From Phoronis australis (Eukaryota > Animalia > Phoronida): DNA of 64,000 nt. Location of the stretch: positions 484,770 to 548,769 of the forward strand of contig NMRA01000042.1 of NCBI GenBank assembly GCA_002633005.1, in the 5' to 3' direction. The notes under the pieces are model-generated. The model had not been told where the DNA came from. It saw only the letters and a program-made list of their open reading frames with translations, and ran no database searches. Position 1 is the first letter of the stretch, and each line of letters opens with the position of its first letter. The translations under genes and the position numbers were made by a program. Positions 1 to 12,300 of the stretch are shown here, piece by piece.

Positions 1-464
1 CACCGCAAACGTTCAATGGGTGCTTTTAGTATAACAATGGCCATCAGATGGAGCAGACTGCGCAAAACACATCTGACCTGAGAAGGTGGCGCTGTCCCTG
101 TAATACACAACTATTTGCCAAATTTCATGAAAGAAAGCCAAGGAACTCCTAAGATATAGAGGCAAACGTAAACAACAACTGACACTACGGGGCACAGCTA
201 TAGTCTAATTGGTCTGAAACTCAATGTTTGTCGTCGGCTCCATAGGAATATATCTATCAAATTTCACAAAGCTCCTTCACAAAATTAAGGCGATTCGGCC
301 ACAGACACAAAAAACAAAATCGCCACTAGGGGGCGACACAGCAATCAGACCCGTCCGAAAGTCAATGCCAGTCATGGCCCATCTCATCAGGAACACATCT
401 GTAAATTTTCATAACGATTATTTAAGTGGCAGACAGGGAGGCGGATGCCAGAAAACAGACGCAA

Positions 465-1897
465 AAACGAGAGCGCTCGGAGGAGCGACACTTGGCGGAA
501 TTAATCGAAAAGACGACGAACACGGTATCATTCATGTGACTAGCGAAGAAAACAAATAGAGAGCATGCAATCAACTACAATAAAGAATGAAAGCCCGTTC
601 AAAACTCTATCTAAAGTGGTAGTTTGGCAAACACAATAACATTCATGTGACTAGCGAAGAAATCAAATAGAGAGCATACAATCAACTACAATAAAGAACA
701 ATAGATGGCGCAACATGACGGTCCAGTCTGCAGTAGGACAGTGCTGGCTGGGTCAGTCTGGGTCAACTAGGCATAACCAAACTAAAGTGAACTGAAAGCC
801 AGCCAGCTGCGTCCTTTCATAGGTGACCGAAGGAACAACGGCATTCGAAAATCTCGAATAATTCAAAAGTAGACGTTGCAGCGCAAAATGGAAAATATCT
901 TCTGAAAGCCCGTCCACAACTCTACGTACTTTGATAGAGCATACAATCAACTACAATAAAGAACAATAGATGGCGCAACATTACGGACGAGGCATGCTTT
1001 GCAGTAGGACAGTGCTGGCTGGGTCAGTCTGGGTCAACTAGGCATAACCAAAACAAAGTGAGCTGAAAGCCAGCCAGCTGCGTGTGACCGAAGAAACAAT
1101 GGTATCCGAAAATCTCAAATAATTCAAAAAGTAGACGTCGTAGCGCAAAATGGAAAATATCTCCTGAAAGCCGTTCAAAACTCTATCTAAAGTGGTAGTT
1201 TGGCAAAAATCAAAAAAATTTTCGAGAAAATTGAAAATTTGCCGTTTTTTTTTTGAAATTCAAATTCAAATAACTCGAAAACGGTAAGTCTGAGAAATAC
1301 GCTCTTGCAGACTTTTTGAAAGGCCATACTTCAAGGAATCCACATGCAAAAATTCACGTCATTTGCTCTTCCCATAAAAAATGCGACACCAGAGCGATTC
1401 AAACTGTGTGAACATGCCCCACAGCCGCCATCTTGAAAGTGATTTCCGGTTCAATAATTTTTTGTAAAAGCTTATTAAACTCAACAAACACGTGACTAGT
1501 TTGAAAGTAATTGGTTTGCAAATACAGGAGATAACGTTTTTGGCCATATTTCGGGGTGCGCATGCGCCACGTCCAATATTTCCGCCATCTTTAACCGGAA
1601 GTCAACGATTTTCTGCACAATTGTAGCACATGCGTTCTAGTATATTCGTACTGATTTTCAGCCGTGTAGGTCGAAAAATGCGGCCTCTACGAGTATTTGA
1701 CTGTGAAATCGGATACAAAATGGCCATCACGTCCGCCATTTTGTATCCGATCATGACCAAAAACAATAGCGTTCTAGCAGTTCCCGATCTACACGTTGTG
1801 TGCAAATTTCGTGAAAATCGGACAAAAATTGCGACCTGTAGAGAGCGAACAAACAAAAAAAAAAACTTGCTGTCAGACCAACATACTTGGCGGAATT
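465..1897 (-). mobile_element. Second HINE-like family (B) nested in family A, with internal partial tandem duplications
   Basis: A-run, short hairpin CGCTC-GGAG-GAGCG and ACTTGGCGGAATT at about 465-502; the same 13-mer recurs at about 1885-1897; duplicated blocks at 529/640/934 and 730/1002. Confidence 0.5.
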
Positions 1898-2286
1898 CTT
1901 CAAAGGTGGTCACAAGGTGGTGTAAAATTCGTTGAATCAGTCTGAAAATGGAATGGCATCGTAAAAAATTAAAGTGCCACTAGGGGGCACACGAATCATT
2001 GTACTGGTCTGAAACTCGTCATCATCTGTTGTCAGCAGCGTAGAAACACATTTGCCATATATCACAACGTTCTTGCAAATGTTTCAGGAAATATAGCCAC
2101 AGATCCAAAAAACAAAATCCCCACTAGGGGGCGAAAGGTTAGAGAAACCTGTCCAAAATCAACATCAGCTATGGTCTCCTAATTAAGAACACACCTGCCA
2201 ATTTTCATGATTGTTTAAGCAGTTTGACAATTAGAAAGGCAGAATCGCCAAAGCCATCCGAAAATGGAAAGATGTTGCTTCCTTAA

Positions 2287-2859
2287 CCCTTATCCTGCTG
2301 AGCCTCTATTCAGACTACTTTCCCTGTGTACTGAGCTAAGTAAGTCACCACTACTGTTGTACACTGGGCTGATATGAAGGTCACCCACAGTAACGACCTA
2401 ACAATTTTAAATTGGAAATTTGAAGGGGAAATGTCAATTTAACAGAAAAGTGGTCAACATGAAAGTTGTTCAGAATTTAATAGATTTTCACCATATGTAC
2501 GGTCTACATCATAGCCTTAGTGAAAATAAATTGACCCACAGTCATCCTCCCATGTCTATGCGTCTACACTTACATAAACCTGCCAACATCTCCTAAACTA
2601 GTAATCGCAGGCCATATGGTTTAATTCAGAGAAATGTAGAGGAAACTGTGAGCTGTGAAATTTGCATGTTCACATAATTATCTAAACAACATAGGATGAC
2701 TCTCATAATTTGTGAATGAAAACCACAAGCATCCTGGGGTGAGTGCACTCACCTACCTACAGCTCGCAGCTGCTGCTTATCATAGTCAATTGAATACACC
2801 CATCATGCTGTAAAGAATAACTGGATAGTCGGCTGACCTCGCCTAGCACAGGATAAGCT
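2287..2859. mobile_element. piggyBac-like MITE
   Basis: TTAA|CCCTTATCCTG ... CAGGATAAGCT|TTAA; removing it restores an intact HINE unit (ccTTAAtagaaacctatttgcc). Confidence 0.7.
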
Positions 2860-3204
2860 TTAATAGAAACCTATTTGCCTAATTTCATGAAAAGCCATTC
2901 AAAAATTTCAAAGACACAGAGAGAACTGTAAAAAAAAAAAGTTGCCACTAAGGGGGCACAGCGGTAATTGGATCAGTCCAAAAAGCGTCCCCATCCGTCA
3001 TCAGCTTCAAAGGAACACATTTGCCAAAACTCATCAAGATCCCACGAGGGGTTTAGGAGATAAAGCTGCAGACACCCGACACCTAGACAGAGAGGATGGC
3101 AATATGCACCCACATAAATATGTGGGTGCACAAAAATGACAAAATAAAATTTCACCTGTCCGCCACATTGTGTCCTAAATTGATGAGATTTTATCACAGC
3201 TTAC

Positions 3205-3360
3205 CTCAGCGGTGTCCGTTTGTTGTTCGCCTGATGACTGTCCCTTCATAGCCTCCAGTTGTTGACGTTGTTGTTGTTGATGTAACAACTGTTGTTGATA
3301 GACCTGTTGCATGTACTGTTGGAAGTGCTGTTCCTGCAGCTGGTTGATTAACACCTCTTG
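3205..3360 (-). CDS. ACBD3: ACBD3 glutamine-rich (Q domain) exon
   Basis: ttcacag|CAA...GAG|gtaag; [52 protein letters not shown]. Confidence 0.92.
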
Positions 3361-6300
3361 CTGTGAAAGTAGAGAGAGAATGAGGGATTAAAAGAGACTG
3401 CTGTGGCTGTGTTTACATAGGCATCTAACCTTCAACCTCGTGACCGAAAGACCAGCATTAAAGGTCTCTATAAAATACATATAAAAGTTCAAAAGAAATT
3501 TAAAATGAACTCTAAGCACATGTCCACATCCTGCCCATAACAAATTGCCACTCTGATATCCACCTTGTAAACAGCATATGTCAAATGTCATCCCAGCCAT
3601 ACCTAATTACATACTATACCACATCAAACTTCCACTCACAAGCTTTGTACTGCCGTTACTATACGTCACACCTCCACTCACCTGCTCTATACTGTCCTTA
3701 CACACTACACCGTGTCACACCTCCACTCACCTGCTCTATACTGTCCTTACACACTACACCGTGTCACACCTCCACTCACCTGCTCTACACTGTCCTTACT
3801 CACTACACCGTGTCACACCTCCACTCACCTGCTCTANNNNNNNNNNNNNNNNNNNNNNNNNNNNNNNNNNNNNNNNNNNNNNNNNNNNNNNNNNNNNNNN
3901 NNNNNNNNNNNNNNNNNNNNNNNNNNNNNNNNNNNNNNNNNNNNNNNNNNNNNNNNNNNNNNNNNNNNNNNNNNNNNNNNNNNNNNNNNNNNNNNNNNNN
4001 NNNNNNNNNNNNNNNNNNNNNNNNNNNNNNNNNNNNNNNNNNNNNNNNNNNNNNNNNNNNNNNNNNNNNNNNNNNNNNNNNNNNNNNNNNNNNNNNNNNN
4101 NNNNNNNNNNNNNNNNNNNNNNNNNNNNNNNNNNNNNNNNNNNNNNNNNNNNNNNNNNNNNNNNNNNNNNNNNNNNNNNNNNNNNNNNNNNNNNNNNNNN
4201 NNNNNNNNNNNNNNNNNNNNNNNNNNNTCATACAGTAAAATACACTTACAGACACTATATGCTGCTTATCACCAAACGTGTCACACGAATATTGAAACTC
4301 ATCATGACTACCCAGTCAAGCAACATCCAACAAATTAATACGATATCTGACTCTTGGCAGCTATGTGCTGCTGACAGACCAGTGATCAATAAGACTTCTT
4401 CACCAATCAACAATTAAAGCTTAACGATTGTAACCAAGACAACAGGAAGAGAAGCACTTGATGACTGCGTGGAAACTACTCTCCTGGAAATTTTAGGCAC
4501 CGGCTTACCCGAGCTCAACTTGACATTTATAGAGAAGTTGGAGATCATAGTGCTTCAACTGTAGAGCAAAAAAATCAATATCACCTCATGAAGATTTTCA
4601 CATTCAAAACATAATTATCCAGTATGAGGACTTAACATTTACAATTTCCCTAGACGGATACACATGGTTGTAATTGGTTCTTTCCATTAAGTGTATGATG
4701 CACAGATGCACGTGTGTAGCTTCCCCTCACAAGGTGTACATTTCTATTGACCTGAGTGTGTACATACATAAAGCAAAAATGAGTTGAGCTATTTATGAAA
4801 ACAAAATTCATACTATGTGAGTAGGATATGCAAGTTTTCTTCTTCAATTGCCAGAGAAAGTCATTATGATGACCGTATCTAAAAGGCTGAAATCAAAATT
4901 TGAGAAATTTGTTAGCACCCATTGGTGTATTTCAGAAAATGCTCTTTAACTAATTTTGTTCAGTCCACAAGTACCTTTATTTAGTGAAGGAGGTGCTCTT
5001 GTCCCACCATGATGGTCCGTTTTCTTTTTATTACCAGTATAACAACATTACGCTAAGTGGACATTTAAGGAACACCTGGACTATTAACACCAAATCCTGA
5101 GGTTCATTTTAAAGACAAAGTAGACACATAAAAAGACTAATGTTTTCTTCAGTATTTTTTCATTCAATAATAGTTGTACATAAAGTTATCAGAATTCATA
5201 ACTTGTAGCGCAGGTAACCAGGTCACATGACTGGTCACATGTCAGGCTGGGCTCCATACACTCCTCAGGTGCCAAGGGGTAACAAATTGAGTTTTACTTG
5301 GACATGGCAAAAAAAGGATTTTTCATGGCAATTTAAACAGGATATTGGCTGTTTAGATAGGCCTGCACACCCGTATTCAACTATCGCAACGATCTACTAT
5401 CGGCACTTCATCACTGGTACGGAATTTTAACATTTTTATCGATATTTTCAAAAAAGTTGATGTTAAAAATAACAAATACGAAAGTTAGAGAACTTTAACA
5501 ATTACCCATTCTGACAAGTGTAGAAAACACATACCGTTATTTCTGACCTCCCCTTTCCTTCCAAAATACAAAAGATATCGATATTTTCATACAACGAGAC
5601 TTAGGCAAACTCTATGTATCGCCTCAGGAACTACTAACATGTAGTTTCAGACAAATGCAATTAGGCCATGTTAATCCTAACAAATATTGTGAAGTCTCAC
5701 ATACACAAAATAAACATAGCAGAGGCCCCCCATAAGCACACAACAAAAACAAAAAAATCATGTCTTTTTTATGAAATTTCACAGAAACCGTTAGAGTGTG
5801 GAGCAACTCAGTCAACAGAAGCAATGTAGAACATTGAGACATGCCCACAGCTGCAGCTCAAGTGGTATGCTGTTGGGGATACTTAGTAATGTCATAAAAC
5901 GGATGACACAGAATACGTCTAATTTGTCCGAAAATGGTAACGCATGGTCTCCTACCTAATAGAAAACTATTGTCCAAATTTGATGAAATCTGTTCAGTAA
6001 CTCCAAGGACACAGAGACAAATGTAAAAAAATCAAATTGGAACTCGGAAGCGCACTTGATACTCTGAAATAAGTCATCATCTGCTCTCAGATTCATAGGA
6101 ATACACAGGTCAAATTGCACAAAAATCCAGCAAGAGGTTAAGAAGATACAGCCACAGATGTAAAGCAATGCCAGTAGAAAGCACCACAGTAGTCAGACCC
6201 GCCTAAAAGTCATCATTAGCTGTGCTCTTGTCAGTAAGATCACGTCTGGCAATTTTCATAACGATCCTCTGAGCACTTTGACGGATACAGAAGCGGATGG

Positions 6301-9300
6301 CAAAAAACAGAATCAAGTATAAAAATGACCAATATGCGGTGCAGAATTGGTTGAATCCATCTGAAAATTAAAAGGTCCAGTTGTCTTCAAAATACAAAGT
6401 TAACTTTTTTGCCCAACTTCATAAAAAAAAATTAAAAACAACAACAAAGACTGAAATTGCCATTAGGGAGCACCGCAATAGTCAGATCCATCCAACGGTT
6501 GTGGTCATCTGCTGCCACAAGGAAAACACTTGCCAAAATTCACACAAAGTTCCTGAAAGGAGTCAAGGTGATACAGCCACAAAAACAAAATTGCCACTAG
6601 GGAGGCTATGGTAGTTAGACCCATGAAAAAATCAATGTCAGCCGTGGTCTTCTCAGCAGGAACACAACAACCAAATTGCATGATACTTGAACCCATTTGG
6701 TGGACAAAGTGGAGGTCAAAATATGGACTCAAAAATAATAGAAATGGCCACCCAGTGGCCCAGAATTTGTCCAATTTTGTCCCAACACGAAAAGTGCCTT
6801 GTCTCCTTAATAAAATCATATCTGCAGAATTTCATGAAAATCCAACAACCAACTCCAAAGATACAGAGGCAAACATTCCCAGCACAGTGGTAGTCGGATC
6901 ATTCCAGAAGTCGTAGTCATCTGTTGTCACATTCACATGAAAAGACTTGTCAAATTTCACAAAGATGTTGCAAATATTAAGGAGATACAGCTGCAGGCAC
7001 AAAATTATTGAAGCAAAACTGCCACCAGAGGGTGCCACAGTACCTAGACCTGTCCAAAAATAAATGTCAGACATGGTCTTCTTAGCAGCAACACGTATAC
7101 TAATTTTCATTATGATCGTTTGAGTGGTTTGGTGGATAGAGAGACAGAAATCAGAGAACAGACTTGAAAATAATAAAAATCGCTAACTGGCTTAGAACAA
7201 TCCATCGGTCCAAAAATTACAGGGCCTCGTCATCTCCTTAATGGAATCTTACGTGCCAAAATTCAAGAAAATACACCAAGAAACTCCAAAGATTTAGAGG
7301 CAAAGACAAAAATATTGAGTTATTGGCAAGGTCACATTTTAATATGACACGTGCTAAAACACTGACATATACTTCACTTATTTTCATGATCGACCAATTC
7401 ACACCAGAAACAACTAATGAACAGAAAAGAAATTATTTGATAATGTTATGAAGGTTGCACAGTCTACTACATCTAAGCATTTTCCCTTGTTTGCTCTCCT
7501 CCATAAGTCATTGCTTGACATTGTTCATTGCCCAATGCTCAATGAAAAACTATTATATTTCTGCTTTCGTTACCAACAAATATTTGTGAGACGATCGCAG
7601 AGTTTAAATTTTCTCGCACCTTGATTATCTGGAATTAATAGCTTGACTGACATGTCAGAAAAACTAAACATCCCTTTGCACTTTCATTTAACTTGCAAGA
7701 GACAAGAATACAAGAATATCTTTCTTCTGTGTTCAGGGCTTGGAATGACCCATGACAAAAAAGAGGAAATTTTTACGGCCCTAAATACACATTTCAATCT
7801 AAACCATACCTCAACAGATTGAAAGTTACTGTGTCGTGTTGGCAAAACGCACTCATCTTAAGCAGTGATATTTATTTCAGCAACAACAATGAAGGCAATT
7901 AGATGCAACAAAAGTATTTTTTAAAATTAAAATAATAATGATAATGATGAAAAATTTGCAGTCTGAGTGGCAGGAGTTTATTCATGATTTGTTGCACTGA
8001 GGGAGACCTATAAAATTATTTTCATTTCTTATAACAGGGCTTGGAATGACCAATGACAAAAAACGCAGAAACTTTTATGGCCCAAATCATGCGCGCTACC
8101 CAGCCTTGAAATGGTCGATGTCAACCTTTCCCCCGACAAAAATCGGGAGGACTAAAAAAAAAAACGTTACCACCATCAGTAGCATGCGTCTGCGCCCTTT
8201 TAGCTCATCCGTCCACTCCCAACCCACACATTTTTGGCTGCAGAGCCGCAGTATTTGTCATCGCGGTTTACAACAACACGAGACGCCATTGAAAATCCCA
8301 CCACGTTATCCCAGAAACCCTGGCAATATTGACAATTTACGTTCCTCCGAAACATAAAGAGCAACTTCCGCTTTTCAAGGTGAACGTCGTCTGCAACGCC
8401 GCGGTAAGAAAGGAATTTGCCGCGGATATTTTATATCAAATCAGATTTTTTTTACGCGGAAATATAATAAAATGCGCGGACAGAACATTTGAAAAAAGCG
8501 GAAATCCGCATTTCCGTGGAAAATTCCAAGCCCTGTTATAATTACGATACAAAATTACAAAAAATTGAAAATCGATCCATAGATTATCTAGAAAGCCTTA
8601 AATACATACACATTTAATTCCAAAAAAATTTTTAATTCCAACGCAAATGGAAAAAAGTCAAGACGAAAACCTGTGGCTCATACCCCAACTGTTAGCATGG
8701 AAAAATGAAAGTCAAAAACAACATACTTTATAGAATGCATCAATCACAATCCGAAGTTGGCCAAACTTTTCAGTTTCAAACAGTTATTACAGGAGTTAAT
8801 TGTTCATAAGCCATGCTGGTGTAGAAGAAACTATGTGACATAAGAAATAAAGTTCTATCAGGACACTGAAAATAGTCTGGCAGAATTTGTAAACAATGGC
8901 TTAAACCAATCAGATCATTCAGAATCTGTCACGTGATCACTTCTCTAAAACTGCAAAACTGAGTTACAAAACAGAACACGAAAAATGTCAAAATAAATTG
9001 AAATACATAAAAGGCAATTTAAACCGCATTTGCAGTAACGAAAATAGCACTTTGTATCCCATTTCGGCAGCATGTAGAAAATCGCACTCAAGCGGGCTTA
9101 GCATTGAGCCAACGGCAACAGGCATGCATGTGGGATCAAACAAAAGAATTTCATACATCACTCACATCCCACGATTCCAATCCAACGAATAACCGGTTAC
9201 GGTTGAATTTCCTTTCAGAAAGCGTTGTTATTTCTAGTGTTTCATCTTTTTCAGTCGGTCCTCCGACTCCAACTTAGTCCGAGGTGACTCGCCCACGCAC

Positions 9301-12300
9301 TCCGTAATTGTTCCTCTCTCAAAGTTTACAGAGCACAAACCTTGACTTATGTTGTTTGTGAAGACATTGACCGTTTCTTTTAGCCACTTTTCCAACAAAT
9401 ATTCTGTCTACTCCACGCTCCACGCATTTTTGACAGCAGAATCACACTATTTATTGCCGCCATTTTATACCAAATGCAGACGCCATTGATGAACCACGCA
9501 GGCACAGGCACTTGAATTAAAGCATGTTTCTTGTATAATGGTTACGAGTCATCGGGAAATTCGAGCGCCTGTGATCCGCAATTACAATTTTCATTCCTCC
9601 GAAACATGAACAGCAGTTTCCGCTTTTCGAGCCGTTGGCAACGCTGCGGTTAGAAACCAATTTGCCGCGATAATTTTATGGCAAATCCGATTTTTTTCCG
9701 AAGAAGTATAACGAAAATACGCGGAGGGACTAAAAGAAAAAAGCGGAAATCCGCGTTTCCGCGCAAAATTCCAAGGCTTGTGTGTTCTAAAAATAGATTG
9801 AATCTAGGTTACGAAGTCAAGATAAAGTGCTGAACATGCAAGTTTTTAACTTCACATGGCCAGAGGCAGTTTGCGTGTCCTGATAAGGTTGTAAGCTACC
9901 GTTATACAGATCACAATAGCACCATCTTGTGTCATCTCGTCAAACTACAATGCCCTAGCCCTGCTGCACCCATCCCCACTCACTCATGCTGATATTGTCT
10001 TTGTTTCATCTCCTCTTGGGCCTCCTGAGCTAGCCGGTCTGCCCTCGCCCTCTCTGCATCTTCCTGCTCTTGACGTAATCTCTCTTGTTCAGCCTCACGC
10101 CTACCAAAACAAGCAAACTGCAGATCAGCTAATGTGACCAAGACAATATGACTACTTACTGCATGTGACATCTTCATCTTGACTATTTGTGAATGAATTG
10201 TGTGCACTTTGGTAGCTAAAATGCACATTAATGAATTGCAAAATACAATAGTTTGCAAACTAAACAATTTGGACGTCAAAACTTCAGTTTCAAAACACAA
10301 AACTAGACACCATTTCAATTCTGGCTAAATCAAAGCGATGGTGCTTCATGAACTTTGTCTAAGTCTCAACGTCTAACAAATAAACAATTAGTGACCCACG
10401 CCCAACAAAGCCATATTAAACTATGGCTACATTTCCACAGCAACACTAATTTATTGCAAAAAAAGTTTGAATAAACTGCCAAATAATTCTGGCAAGCAGT
10501 TCATTATAAATGAGCAGAGTCAAACAGAGTTCTGTTGAAGACAGTCCAGTTCAGTTTAAACACTACTATATGTACTTTATTGCCAGTAATGCCACATTTC
10601 AATCAAACTTTCACATATCTGTCAGTGCAACTTGTCCTACTATCATGTGAAACTTGGTTTATGTGTTACAATGAATTTTTTTCTGGATTGCAAAGTGTGA
10701 TATTGATCACCAGGTAATTAACAAGTAGCGTGTACCTCTTTTTCACTAAAGCAAATGTGACATACTTAGGTCATTTTATGCTCTCAACCGGAAAATCCGA
10801 CCTAAAACTCTTGAGCACATGAAACTTACTTTCACTGGATCCAATTTCAAATTCTTCTAGTAAGCATGACGGGCCAAGATGCAATATCTTTCATTTATGT
10901 CAACGTCTTCTCACATCATATGAACATCCCACATCACAGCAGTGACAATTGTAAAGAATTAACGAAAAAACTACGAAATCCCACAACAAATTCCCACCAA
11001 GACACATGTGATGTGTAGCTGGCACAGAGCTCCAACTAAATATCCAAGTAACACGATGCCTTCTACCTGTAAAACATACTTTGAATCACTGTTGATGCTA
11101 TGTTGAGAAACATTAATCTCTACACTGTCTCCCATTACCTCTGTCGCACTATCTCCTCTTGTTCTTTCCTATGTGCCTCCACCCAGGGCTCCAACAGAGG
11201 ACAGACCGAGTCAAGCAGCTTGACGAACCCTGCCATCGCTTCCTGAGCAGAAATACTGCCCAGAGATTGCCACGCCTGCCTGAAACACATGGTGGTAACC
11301 TGTTAAGTAGAGGACCAAGTACAACGACCCCAACAAACAAACTCTTGTAGCCATATATGTGGAACTTTGTGGATATAAACTACTACTAAGGGCTGTTCCA
11401 GTAAAATCCATAAGGGGGGGGGGCGGCAGTAGAAATAAAAATTCATGGGTGGTGGCCTTCAGAAAAAAACTCAAATTATGGGTGGTTGTTCCTGTAAGAA
11501 GTGATACATAACAAATGGGTAGTATTTTTTGACCTGTTAATGTTGACAGGTTGGTTACATGTAAACTCAAAAAAATGCAATTGGCATATATCCTAACTTA
11601 TCCCATTACAAAAAAGCCCATATTGCCAGTGAACAGAGTGAAATATGTTCACTAAGCCATTAATCAAGTCATGGGCAACTGGATTTGAGCCAACTGTTTT
11701 TCTGCAGTTGAATTGAATTGAAAAGTTATGCAACACTAAACTGGTGTTAACACATATAAGAAAATTGATGATTTTTAAATAAAAAGTATGAGGAGTAAGA
11801 TAAACAAGTTCCCATATTCAATTGACATAGAAGTATAAAAGAGTTCGTGGAGACAGTTTGAGATTCATAGATCCTTATAATTGAAAAAATGTTCATTGAA
11901 ATTATAGACACATGGTGAACAGAGACACCTGGTGGCTGCCAAAAGTATTGCTCACAGGCTACTTTAGTTTTTGACAATATTGGACAAGACAACTAGTTCT
12001 TGTCTGTCAATCATCTAAGTTCTTAACGGGTCCCCCTGGAAGCAATTTGTTTGCAAGTGTTGGATTTTATATTTTAACCTATTAAACATAATTAAAAAAT
12101 TATTGGTCATGGGTTGGAGAAATAAATGAAAAATATGGGCGGTGGGTACGAAATAAAAGTGCCTTCCCCCCCTCCTATACAGATTTTGCTGGAACAGACC
12201 TAACAGGGCTTGGAATGATCAATGACAAAAAAGAGGAAAATTTTCCAGGTGATGTGTCATTCCCCAAATAAATAGGCTTGTGTGATGGGTTTTTTGTGTT

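Larger units (their letters stand above)
1..3135 (-). mobile_element. HINE/DINE-1-type non-autonomous Helentron, family A (interrupted by two nested elements; continues off-window)
   Basis: 5' hairpin head TGCACCCACAT..ATGTGGGTGCA at about 3104-3135; ~150-bp diverged units with ATGAAATTTGGC and GCCCCCTAGTGG (minus sense). Confidence 0.7.

Noticed and set aside
3578-4417. Long ORFs across 3578-4417
   Set aside because: Artefacts of a 49-bp minisatellite plus the N gap.
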